From positions 310,001 through 374,000 of the forward strand of contig JBNJNM010000022.1 of the NCBI GenBank assembly GCA_052426225.1: a stretch of DNA of 64,000 nt, given 5' to 3'. The translations under genes and the position numbers were made by a program. Shown here piece after piece: positions 50,777 through 62,479 of this stretch. The DNA comes from Zancudomyces culisetae HAW-14-8. Lineage: Eukaryota; Fungi; Kickxellomycota. The notes beneath the pieces are model-generated. The model saw only the letters and a program-made list of their open reading frames with translations, searched no databases and was not told the DNA's origin. Within the stretch, counting starts at the first letter, position 1. The number at the start of each line of letters is the position of its first letter.

Positions 50777-51234
50777 TCAAATATAAGATACTGCATGACG
50801 TCGACCGAAAACATACCATAACTCATTAATCGAATTTCCTAGCCTCATATCATGGACATAACAGATACCTCCACAATTTGCCTCTCTGCAGGCTAAGAAT
50901 GTGCCTTTGTTAATATTTCTGCCTCCCATTGTTATAGCTGCAAACGCCGGTGATGCGTAGCACCTATTTGGCATGATATCGAAAGTACCCTGTGGTTGAC
51001 TAGGAGCGCGACCGACAGCGAGTGGATCACTAGGACCGGAACCGGCACGGAACAGTTGAACTATCATATTATCATTTCTGGATGCAGGTGAGTTTGTAGT
51101 CAGTTCTAGATCTCTGTTTTCATCCACAGTTTGCAAAGTTTGGTTTTGTGCACTTTGTGGTAAGGCTGAGCTAAATACAAGAATTTTAAAATGCTGAGAA
51201 TGCAGAAAATGCCGAGTGTTGTTGACTTAATCAT
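50777..51234 (-). pseudogene. Small secreted Cys-containing beta/gamma-crystallin-like protein with a 1-nt frameshift in the signal peptide (pseudogene or assembly indel)
   Basis: ATG at 51234 gives MIKSTTLGIFCILSIL; adding one base in the TTTTAAAA run (about 51184-51191) joins ILVFSSALPQ... to the 119-aa ORF with CY-x22-C-x4-C-x-G-x-C. TATA box about 95 bp upstream. Confidence 0.6.
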
Positions 51235-51328
51235 TTTTGGTTTTTGTATTTCTTTTTCAATGCTAATACGAAATGTTAAATTATTATTGAATGCGATATA
51301 GTTTTTTTTAATATCGAAAAAGTATTGC

Positions 51329-51336
51329 CTTTTATA
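51329..51336 (-). promoter_or_regulatory. TATA box (AAAGTATAAAAGG context)
   Basis: TATAAAAG about 95 bp upstream of ATG 51234; same 13-mer context as at 61248-61260. Confidence 0.5.
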
Positions 51337-52019
51337 CTTTACAGAGACAATCGGATATTTCCCTATCCATAAAGTATAAAATATGTTTAGTATTGATTAG
51401 GACTATGGCTTTGGTATTATTATTATTATGCCGACTATTCTAGCTACAACTATGTGTGAAGTACTCCCTATTATTAATTACATGCTATTCGCAATACTCT
51501 TTTTTGTTGTTTTAGCCAATATAATGAATCTAGGTACAGTCTATATTGGTAATGCGAGTTTTACTTATTTTTCTAAACGTAGGTATATGTATAATTGCTG
51601 ATACCTATATATAGATCTTTAAAAATAAATATACTAAGTCATCAATTACAAACCAATCTGAACTGTTTTCTGTTTTCATAAATATAAATTTGTCTGGTTG
51701 TTAATGGGTATTGGGTGAGTAATCACTTAATCTAGATGCTTACATAGAAATATCACTGTTTTATTTTCTCAACAAAGATATTATTAAAATAGTCCAGAAT
51801 TAATATCTAAAAAGAAGCATATGAAATTGATCCCTAAAGCTATTACTTCGGCATCCATGATACTCAATTCTGCTCTGTTTCTATTTTTGGGTGAGCGTTT
51901 TACACAAACCTTTCGGTCTAAAATAGCTTGACATCAAGTTGAATCGAATTCCTCAATTATTAGATAAGCTAAGAGTATCATAAACGTAAAGATATACTGC
52001 ACTGTGTGATAACTATAAT

Positions 52020-52076
52020 ACTCTGATATAGAACATGAGCCTATTATATTCTGATTTATAACATGAGTCTATTATT
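52020..52076. repeat. Imperfect ~28-bp tandem duplication
   Basis: ctctgatatagaacatgagcctattat / ttctgatttataacatgagtctattat. Confidence 0.6.
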
Positions 52077-53096
52077 ACTCAAACTATTTATAGCAAGGTG
52101 CTATATGAAATCAAATAGTGAAGCTTCACTTCCCAAAGGTTCACAACTCGGAGCTCTACTCTTATTTTACAATGCTCCCTTTTATTGTTAGATACATGAT
52201 ACTTTTATTTGTAATGGTCTAGTCAATGTCAATTTTAGGTTTGAACAGATTTGTAATTATTCGCCAATCTAAAATGATCAACATTAATCTCTCGTCAGGA
52301 AAAAAGGAAGTAAAGGGTGAAATTTTTTGAGTATTTGCGGGGCCGAGACATTTTCAGTTTTACAGATTTCTAATGCACCTGATAAATTGCGAATAGTACT
52401 AACTCTGTCTTTATTGCGAATATTACAAGATGATTTAGAAATTTTTATCGCAAGCGCAATTTTCTCGCTTTTTATAAGCTCATATTTCTTGAAGAATTAT
52501 TATTTTTTATTCTTATTACATATTATTTACTGCAAATGTAATATAATTTTTAATGAGCTGGAGTTACCAAATCAAATAAATAGAATTGTAGGTATTTGAG
52601 TGGTAAATGACCACGTGCTGATATAATTATAACTATTGTGCACTTAGGTGTTACTATAAAACTAGATCTTCCCCGCAAAAAAGCTACCAACTAACTATTT
52701 CCTTGACCTATGTATTATAATAGTTCGGTATTCATTACCTTGTTGTCTTCGCAGCAGCAGTTGATAGTGATAGTCTTTTAATGACTTTTCTATTTTTAGA
52801 AAGTATTATGTAATTCTTTATGTTGTTGATACAAATTTTTTAATAGCTAATATTCTCAAGGCGCAATTAACTTACAGCGGTATTAAAATTTAAATCGTAA
52901 TAAGGTATAAATATATTCAACCACCTTGGTAAATATTGTACTTATTCCAGCAAAGCCACTAAATAGAAAGTGTCTTTAAAACTACATAAATACTGTCAAA
53001 GTTAAAATTAGAATCAGTTAATTAGTAGCTTTCTAAAGTATGTCGCATGTGTTATAAATTATTATCAAGTTTAATCTTTATTTGGTAATAATATTT

Positions 53097-53273
53097 TTAA
53101 TCATAAACTTTGTTGGATGGGATTGGGCATAACCCCATCCTTTGACGGGTTCTACAGTTGTAAAAACACATAATCCAAATGTCAGCAAATGGATCACTAT
53201 CAGATGAGTATCGACCCTCATCTCTAGCAGCCAGAATCAACGTGGTTCGTATTTTACTCATGAAGCCTGACAT
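53097..53273 (-). CDS. Small protein, 58 aa, GRYSSD family copy B (below the ORF-track cutoff)
   Basis: MSGFMSKIRTTLILAARDEGRYSSDSDPFADIWIMCFYNCRTRQRMGLCPIPSNKVYD*; paralogous to 49538-49756. Confidence 0.65.
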   Translation of the reverse strand: MSGFMSKIRTTLILAARDEGRYSSDSDPFADIWIMCFYNCRTRQRMGLCPIPSNKVYD

Positions 53274-54454
53274 GTGTTAGTTGTGAGATTTTAATAGCTA
53301 TTTTTGTTATTTTTTAAACTTGTATTTATGACTAGCCGGAGCACTATTCCTAATAAACTTGTTATGTATCCTAAACTTGGATTTTTTTTCACAATTAGTA
53401 TTTTTTTAACTTTTTATTTTTTTCTTCTTGAAACTATTAAAAGAGCTAAGGAATCCTCTATGAGTCTTCCACTGTTAAATATATACTATTTCAATAAAAC
53501 CACGAATAGCTATATTTAAGTAACCTATGTTTCATTGTTGATTTACTGTGTTCTAGCTTTGGTTTTGTTCTTACATTCGTTTTCATATTCTGTTTGTTCT
53601 TATCTTTGTGGTTGATTTACTATCTAATATCATTTTTAATTGTATTTTTCAGTTTTTAATTTTTAGTTGCTTGTTTATGAAGTAAATAAAATAATTATTT
53701 GATTTTGTTGAATTCGTATCTACATGCGAATACACACGACTTAACACTACTGATTTATAACTGATAGTAGCTTGATATTCAACATTTACCATAATATATT
53801 TTCACTAACTATAAATACAAAGCGAGAAATAAAATGATTATTGCAACCATCCCCCCTCTAATTGGTTATTTTTATGATTATATGGAAGATGTATTAATTT
53901 TAGAAAATCCAGTAATTTGTAGATTAAATTTTAAGATGAATCAAGGTAAGAATAGTGGTTAGTTAAGTTCAATTTTAATATTGAAATTGTCCCAATCATT
54001 ATAAATCGTTGTAGTAAACACTTTATCCAATGAAGTATTATGAAAGTAATGTTGAAGATAACAATTTTTTAGATATATTGAGATCGGTATAAACCGAAAT
54101 TGAGCTAGTAAAAGGTATTCAAAAACAAATAGTCAAACCCCATTCAGAGCTTTGACTAGAAATGTTTCAATTATTCGTGAATAGCCGGTTTGAGAATATT
54201 AGTGAAATCTGAGGTTGGGTCCTAATTGCCTTGCCTTTGTAAATATAGTATTTGGTTATAAATACAACAAAATAACTTGTATAAAGTAAAAAGATAATTA
54301 ACAAAAGTACAATATAATGATAATAGCACACACAACATCAAGTAAGTACTGTTGGAAAATTAGTAAAAGTAATGACAGTAAAGACATTTATCGAAAAAAG
54401 CTGAAGTGTTACCAAAAAGTAAAAATTATAATGGCCATCAACAAATGAATCTTA

Positions 54455-54946
54455 TTAAGTATAATTCAGTAGCAAAATTACCAAAACAATACAGATTAAT
54501 AAAATAATAAATAATATGGAATATACAAGTCCGAAGCGGTCATATGTCTTATCAAACATAACTTCGCAAAACCCGTAGTCATAACCGTTAGTTCTTGTAG
54601 AACCTCCATTATCAAGACTATTGAGTATCGAAAAAGCAATAGTACTATCGTTATCCACACATGCCGCGTTTTTTGGACTCGGTATTGTTGAATATATTAC
54701 CGCATTCCTACCACAACATGACTGGGTCATATTAGATTCATTTTGATACTCTTGAAAGTCTCCTTTTCTTTGTATTGAATTTCCGACACAACCTATGTCA
54801 GCTTCAAAGTTAGTGCGTTCTAAATTGTAAATATCATTTTGTGAATTACCACGGATTTGACGCTCACTGCCACTAGCTCCCACTTCAATATTTAGTCCTA
54901 CTCCAGTCCGGTGAGAAGCGTCAAAATTATCATCACGTTTTGGCAT
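54455..54946 (-). CDS. Hypothetical protein with disordered N terminus and C-terminal TM helix (possibly a truncated multi-pass membrane gene)
   Basis: 163-aa ORF ending FGLVYSILFIILLICIVLVILLLNYT; further hydrophobic reading continues after the stops. Confidence 0.45.
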   Translation of the reverse strand: MPKRDDNFDASHRTGVGLNIEVGASGSERQIRGNSQNDIYNLERTNFEADIGCVGNSIQRKGDFQEYQNESNMTQSCCGRNAVIYSTIPSPKNAACVDNDSTIAFSILNSLDNGGSTRTNGYDYGFCEVMFDKTYDRFGLVYSILFIILLICIVLVILLLNYT

Positions 54947-56730
54947 ATTGTTAAGAAAAGGCTTGCATCAGATATTCAAAATTTTGTCCTCAGGTTTGCT
55001 TGTTTCCTTAAATTCAAATAGGTAATTCTTAAGTTATTTTTGTTTGGCCTAATGGTTTTTGATCATAATATTTTATTTAAAGCAGTCTTATAAGTAAAAA
55101 TACGATCTCGTGGGTTCTGAAGCCTATTTATATTTAATCGATATAACAATTTATAAAAAAATTGAACAGCACTCCATTCTAAAAAAAAGTGCGTTGAGTC
55201 CTAAACTAACACCCATGTAATTTGTATGAAATACTTCTGTGAACTGAAAATTAAATTTTTCGCTCTTATTTTGGTAATTTCACTTCATACATTAGTTTTA
55301 ATTGAAAGTATCAGGTTTTTACTTTCCAAAGGAAATTGATTTTTCTACAAGTTTTAGTTTATTAAATTTTCGTAATAGGTCGCTTTGAAACATAATAAAG
55401 TATATGTTTTTGTCTTACGGGAGGATTTTCTCTAAGTTCGAATAGACTTTTGTTGATATACTATTATTCTAGTTCCGGGTTTATCAAGTTTAGATCAAAA
55501 ATAATGTTAAAGTAGAAATTATAAACAGATTCATAAATAATAAATTATTTTTCGATTATGGTTGGACAAGTGAAAGAAATGGAGTAATTAAATATTCTCA
55601 ATATTTTTTTTAAGCTAGCTGCAGAGTAATACGGATTCTTGCAGATATTTTTTACACATTTAATAACAAAATCCAAGCTTGTACATGTGCGGAGGTAGGC
55701 TGATTTTGAATTGGTTTTTTGCAAGCAGTTGCGTTTAAAACTCTATGTGGTTTTACTTTTTGGAGGAGTTTAGGTTGTAGAGTAAAATAAAATAACCACA
55801 CTTCATTCGGTTGCCATTTAAGCGATAATCAGGTTTGTACTAAATAGAGAATTAAAAGTTAACCAAGCTGGGCATTTTAAGGGCGTGTTTCCCACTTGAA
55901 TATTTATAATTCTTCTATTTTTCTTGTACCATTTTACCATTCCTGACATTTATACCTAGTTGGTAAATGTGTACATAATTGTCCTATACTAATGCTCTCA
56001 TAGTTTATTATACCTTTAGATGTTGATTATGGTTTATCCTTTATGTGCTTTGAATTGTACAGTTAAAATACCAATCAAAATCGTTTTTTCCAAAAATTGA
56101 TCCTTCATGCTTTTCACTCCAGTATATAAAAAACTCGATATTATTTCTTTAGAAAAACCAAAATAGGAAATTTCCAAGAATATCAAAAATATCAAAAGCT
56201 AATAAACCCCTATAGAAAATATTACTAATAATGCCGATGAAATGTATATTAAAACAAGCTATAGCCCAAATTAGAATATACACCCTATACTCACTGAAAA
56301 CTTGTTTTACTGTAGAACTGATGTATTTACTATGAAGTTTTATTATGTAGTACTAGGGGTATATAATAGTCAGTAAAGGAAACGAACGGAAAAAACCAAA
56401 ATTTTAAAATCTTTTGAAGTAGGTTTTTCTCTAGGATAATTTACATATAAACATTTAGTTTAGTGAATAAGAAAGTTAAAAAATACAAACTACATTAAAA
56501 AGTACATACCGAAGATATACATAATTAATTACTAGCTTTAAACTCAAAACTTTTTACAAAACCTTCATACAGGTTTAATAATTCAATAAATCGATATAAA
56601 AACAGGAAAAGATCATAAAACTAACACGATTGCATTACCCTGTGGCTTTTCAATCTTATCGTATTATTAATACCATCACAAACAAGGTAAGCTTCAAGGG
56701 AAAATAAAAAGATATTCAGATGACTACACA

Positions 56731-59700
56731 ATGGATGGCAATAATAATAGCAGCAGTATTTTCAACAAACTTATAACAAGCATCATGTCAGAAATCTTTG
56801 TATATGCTCAAAATCCCTGTGTGTCGCTTTTGAACAGAAATATGTACCATGCTTCGCAGCAGCTGAACACTATTAGCAAGTACATTCTCCAATATTCTTT
56901 ATCATACACAAAAGATATCACCAGTCGGAGATTGATAAACATCTTTAAGAAATACACAAAAATAAATACAAGTGAAGCCATCGGAAGGCTGGTTTTGGGA
57001 AAAAATCAAGAATCTGCCCTACAAATGCGCTTTAGATCTTGCAGTAGCTTTTAGATGGGGGAGATACTAAAACTACTGTTTAAGATGTATGTAGTGATTG
57101 ACATAAATAAATCAACTGTTATATATAAGGGTACTGTATTTATGAACAAAGATGAATACTTAGACATTGACATCAGCAACGTGTTCTCGGAAGAGAATGA
57201 ATCACAAAGAGAAATAATAGACATTATGATATCAAAGCGTCTTTATATCAGGCCACTAGTAGCTATAGATTTAATTCCAGAAGGATTATTAAATCAACTG
57301 TATATAGGTCTTGTGAGGGAGCATGTCGCAGCGTTGATAGATCTCTGCTCTAGCAATATCAAGCTTCCTCGAGAGTTATCTGAGAATGTTCAGGGTGAAG
57401 TTAGATATATCGATAGTAAAGGTGTGGTTTTTCGTCTACCTGGGTGCTTTTTTTGGGGTATACCAATTTTTAGCCTTTAACTACTACAAAGAATTTTGCA
57501 TATGAAAATCAAAATAAGTATTAATACTAATGATGAAGAAATTCAAAATGCTAATATTGACTATGATACATTTGCGGGATTTATTAAAATTGTTTTGTAG
57601 TACTCATTCAGAAATAATATGAGTATACTTATTCATGGTGTGTGTTCAGTATACCCAACTTATTTTAACAGAAAAGAAATACTATAATACCTAGAGAGTA
57701 GACGCCCTAATCATGAATAGTGGCTCATATCTGGTATAGTAATATACTATGGTAAGGAGTTTTTTGTGAAAGAAAAACTTTTCAAAGCGGACGTAGGCTC
57801 TGAAAATATTGAAAAAGTAACAAAATTGGTTTATAAAAGTAGTAATTCTAAATCTTTTTTTTGTTAGCTGAATTCATTGAATAAATACCACATCTAACTA
57901 CAAAAAAATTCTATCCAACACTTATCTAACCAAGTCCTCTCTGTCACTCTAGAAGCTATTATGCACATCGGATGCTGACTCAATGACATCTATTAAAGCT
58001 CTCCAGTTTAAATAAGGCTAATTTCAAAGTCTTGGGAAGCGCGGTCACGGTCGGAACGAGGCTAAAACCCAATAGGGTAATTCTATTTCTTATTCGTATC
58101 CGCAAGAATTTTAGCTAAGTTTATACTAATAGTGATTCTGAATTTAACAAATTTATACGAAATGTGGATTTATAGATAGATGTAGGGGTAACTATCAATT
58201 CAAAGCGTACAAAATCCCCAGCTACACCTGTTCATATTGCGAGGAGTTTAGTTCTTATAGCTGTACAAATGATATTCAATACTTGTTATGAAATATTAAT
58301 ATGAATTTTTGACTATATTTTTGAAAATAATCTACAAAATACATTAAAAGATATCGAATACAACCAGGTCTGTGTATTCAGATACAAAAAACATATCGAG
58401 ATCTTGAAGGATAAATACTACAAGCTAGTAAAATCGAAGTTGATGAACCAAATCTTTAAAATTCTGAAGCTTATAATAGAATATAGATTAGATATCAATT
58501 TAACTGAAAGTCTTATTTTGAGAACAGTATGTAAATCGGGTAAGCTATACTAGGTTGATTAATTTATCAGTAATGATTCAAAGTTAAAGCGAGGATCAAA
58601 TGGATTTGATAAGACATACAAATCAGATATAATTAAATTGTTGAAGCATTGAGTAGGGTATGATAGTGTAACACCCAAATATCCTGGGGATGAATTTATT
58701 AACATGAGATGTTATTGAGCAATTTTAATATGGTTAAATCTTTGAAGATGATGGAGAAGGTTTGGGTGACCTAGAACATGATGGAGTCAGGTTTGTGTGT
58801 ATATTGGGACTTAAAGGCGTCCTAAAATATCTCTTGAATAATGATGCACTGATAAATTGTGTTTATCATCATCAATTATAATATGAATGTGTAGTTAAGG
58901 ATACTGAGTTGGTAAAGTGTATTTTTGAATATTAAAGTGGTTTGTGAGTATTGGAAACAAAGAACGATACAAATGTAAAAAAAGAAAAAGAATTAACAGA
59001 TTGCACTCTTTCGAATCATGAAGACCCTAACCGTTTTGGTTATTGCAGCATTACTAAAGTCTTAGTTGAAAATGATGAACCTATCCAAAATAGCGATTTA
59101 TTGAATGTAATAAAGGCGACGATTGTAGTTACCAGTGTTGAACTTCTCAAACTAATTCTACCCTACACAATAAATACCTATTATAATTTCAAAATACCAA
59201 GTCTTTCGGTCTAATTGGAAAGCACTGGAGTAGTGAAGGTGGTTTTGGAAAATGGAATAGAGATTAAATAAAACGCTGGTATTCTAAACATAACACTGGT
59301 GTCTAAAAACGATGGGACTATCAGACTACTGCTTATATATAGTACAAAAATGCACAAAATTTCAGACTGATTAAATTATTCCAAGCTAGACAACATTGAG
59401 ACTCTCTCATTATTGTTGGATTGTTACCCTAGCGTTAGAGATAACCCCTACCTGCTTAAAATTCCATTTAAAAACGAAAATATTGAAATGTTAAAACTAC
59501 TATTTGAAAAAGATTCTAACCTGGTACCAAATAGAAATTTTGGAATTTGGGAGACATGTCGCTGCAGAAATATAGATATGGTCAAGTTGTTGATGAAACA
59601 TAGAACCAATGCGGATTATTATATCGGATCTATCACAAAAATTGCGAGTGAAACCAATGATTATGATTTGGTTGAATTTCGTCAATATAAAGATATGATG

Positions 59701-59733
59701 GTTAAAAGACGGTTTAATAATTTTTTAATCTAG
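56731..59733 (+). pseudogene. Decayed F-box-like + ankyrin-repeat gene
   Basis: N-terminal IFNKLITSIMSEIFVYAQNP (F-box-like helix pattern); C-terminal ankyrin fragments FGYCSITKVLVEND, NENIEMLKLLFE, CRCRNIDMVKLLMKH, ASETNDYDLVEF; many stops and frameshifts across about 3 kb. Confidence 0.75.
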
Positions 59734-59813
59734 TACGTTTGATATTACTATTAAAAGACTTGGTTAATAAATGGCTGTGTAAACAAAACAATGAATTTTC
59801 GCCTTTTAATTGA

Positions 59814-60174
59814 CTAGTGACTAGCTGTTTCAAGAGTACAAACACGGCTGAATATGTTTTTTTCAACAACAAACGATAAATCGCAGATCAAATAAAGTAT
59901 CCGGAGCAACAAATCCCAGAAATATTTATGATGGGAAAGGCAAAGAGTAGAGAAGAGAAAAACAGTTATCCCGAAATACCCAATCGAGTGATCCAAATCT
60001 TTATTTTCAGTAGCTATTCACTTTTTAACAATATCCACATAGATAATGATATTTCTGGACATTTGTAATTTGTGTTCATGTACCAATACAAGATTCGCTA
60101 GTTTTTGGCAGAAATAAGAGTGCATGAGCTGTCAAAAGTACTATTTTAAGTATCTGTGAGAGTTTGATTACCAT
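59814..60174 (-). pseudogene. Possible decayed small secreted protein
   Basis: ATG at 60174 gives signal-peptide-like MVIKLSQILKIVLLTAHALLFLPKTSESC, then Cys-containing sequence interrupted by several stops. Confidence 0.3.
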
Positions 60175-61251
60175 TTTTGTTAGAATCTTTTGGTGATTTT
60201 TTTAATTTTTTTGTGGGTCCTAGAATAATTAGTATAACCGACCAGAAATAAAAAGTTTTACTGGGTAAGCTGAGCACAATGTTCTTACAAATGTATCTTG
60301 CTGTATGACAGCTATCAAAGTCTTGTTTTCCTATAAATAATCATAGCACGACATATCTATTTAAAATGATTTTATAAATCCAAATAACACAGGATTTGCT
60401 TTCCAAGGATTGGTAGCTTGGATTGGCTGCTTGTCTTTTATCACATCCGCTGGTTATTTTTAGAAAATCTGATGATTTCTTGCAAGAGAACCCATGAAAA
60501 CCAATATAGGTTCTAGAATTGTAACTACTTTTCTCTCTAAAAAAATCAATGCTTAACTCACATAAAGAAGGATGGATCTAAAGAGGTATTAGAATTATTG
60601 ATTTTGTAGAACCAGGTCTTTGTTGGTTTCCCTTTATTTTTATAGTGTAACAGTTAACGGTGCAAGTTTTTTTTCTAATTGCGATTCTAAAAATAATACT
60701 CTATTTTTAGAAATATTTTCCATCACTTCGGATCTTTTAAATCCTGTAATAAATCACCTTTGCTAATAAATTATATATTTTTAAATTTAGATGCCATAAA
60801 TGCTATTACTAAATTAAACTTGATATTATTAAAATGCCATCACTCAGAATCTGAAAGGAAGAAATAAAATATAGTGTTTATTTTGTATTGGATATTAATT
60901 ACAAAATTATTTCAATTAATCGTTGTAAGCTGAACTCAACCAAAAAATAAAATATACATAATAACAATACACAAGTTACTAGTATTTTTCCTAAAGGAAT
61001 CATCACATAGAACGCGTTCATAAAAAGTAAAATATGAAAAAAAGCTAAAGATAGCCAAGATATGTTACATAACTTGATTAAATATATCCATGCTATTATT
61101 TCTAAGTTCATTTTCATACTATTTTAAGATGGTTGTTTATAATTTTTCTAAAATTAGAATACTTTTGCAAATCTCAACTAAAAATGCTATAACGCCACCG
61201 CTTTAATGGTGTATTAATGGTGCTATAAAGAAAGGGAAAGAGATAAAAAAG

Positions 61252-61259
61252 TATAAAAG
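61252..61259 (+). promoter_or_regulatory. TATA box of the Tyr/Gly-rich precursor gene
   Basis: TATAAAAG about 150 bp upstream of ATG 61408. Confidence 0.55.
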
Positions 61260-61407
61260 GGGTCAAAATATCAGTCAAAATAAAAAATCATCAACAGTTG
61301 AAGATTCTTCAAGTATCAATTTTAAGCATAATCACAATCATTTGTATTAAAATACCGCATTAGCGCATCAGCTACACACAACGCACATTTTAAACTAGAT
61401 ATCAAAA

Positions 61408-61803
61408 ATGGTAAAGTCAACACTCGCACTCTTCACTGCCGCAGTTGCCACAGTTTCAGTAAATGCTGCATTCGCCCCAAGACCAAGAGCAAATGTCGGA
61501 CCTATGCAACCACCAATGGAACAGGTCCAGGACTTTGGAAGATATGCTCCACCATCTCGCCCTGCCTTTAACAACCGCTTTGCCGCTCCAGCCTACCGCA
61601 AGCGTGCTGACGAGGAGGAGGAAGTTGCACCGGTTGACGATGCTGCTCCAGCCCAGCCTGCTGATGCTCCAGCAGATGGTAGCGAAGCAGTAGATGAAAC
61701 TGACGACCGTTGGTGGTACGGACGCTACGGCTACCCATATTACGGTGGATACTATGGATATCGTTACCCATACTACGGTGGATACTACGGATACTACTAC
61801 TAG
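61408..61803 (+). CDS. Secreted precursor: signal peptide, Pro/Arg-rich segment, Kex2 site (RKR), acidic spacer, C-terminal Tyr/Gly/Trp-rich peptide
   Basis: MVKSTLALFTAAVATVSVNA signal; strongly biased codons (TAC, GGT/GGA, GCT/GCC) in a GC-rich island; TATA box; terminal WWYGRYGYPYYGGYYGYRYPYYGGYYGYYY. Confidence 0.9.
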   Translation: MVKSTLALFTAAVATVSVNAAFAPRPRANVGPMQPPMEQVQDFGRYAPPSRPAFNNRFAAPAYRKRADEEEEVAPVDDAAPAQPADAPADGSEAVDETDDRWWYGRYGYPYYGGYYGYRYPYYGGYYGYYY

Positions 61804-62479
61804 TTTTAGATACCTGGGGAATCTCAATTTATATTTTATCCATCTACCTTACCATGTTATGTAGAAAATTAACACTACTAAATAAAAATGTTTAGAAATT
61901 ATTCATAACGTTCGAGGTTTTCGAGATTAACCAATTATCAACTCTACAATAATATATTTTTTACAACTAAAGTAGCATGTACAAGCTAACCTTGTTTCTA
62001 TGTAGTATTCTAGATTTCTAAAATCAGTTTATCGTCAAAGAGAAACCAATGATACTGTGTTGATATAGTATCTACTTTAGATTGATTTTCAGCGGAAATA
62101 ATACCCTTAGCTCAACACTCGGTGGGTATGAGGTTCTCAGAAAGACTGAGATACCACAGTTAGTTGTATATTATTAAAACTTTATATCAACCAGTCTTTT
62201 TAATATTTAGTAGACATTTCATGAACAAATCAACGGTTTTATTCAAATTAACGATTATCAGTTAAAATGTCATGAACCACTTTTGATATTTATTTTAAAC
62301 CAAAATACTATCTTTTATTTTAGATAAACCGCTTGGTGCTTTATTCAAGCACAGGCTATAAAAATTTTAGAAAAATATTATTTATTCACTAAACTTGATT
62401 CCAAAGTAATGATTTATTCAAAGTATAAATGAGTACTAGAACGTTTACACACTGGGGATTTGACCAAATGATACCTACT

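Noticed and set aside
51010-51045. GPSDPLA in the crystallin-like ORF resembling GPSHDPLA in micro-ORF A
   Set aside because: Very short match with different codons and unrelated flanks; probably coincidence.
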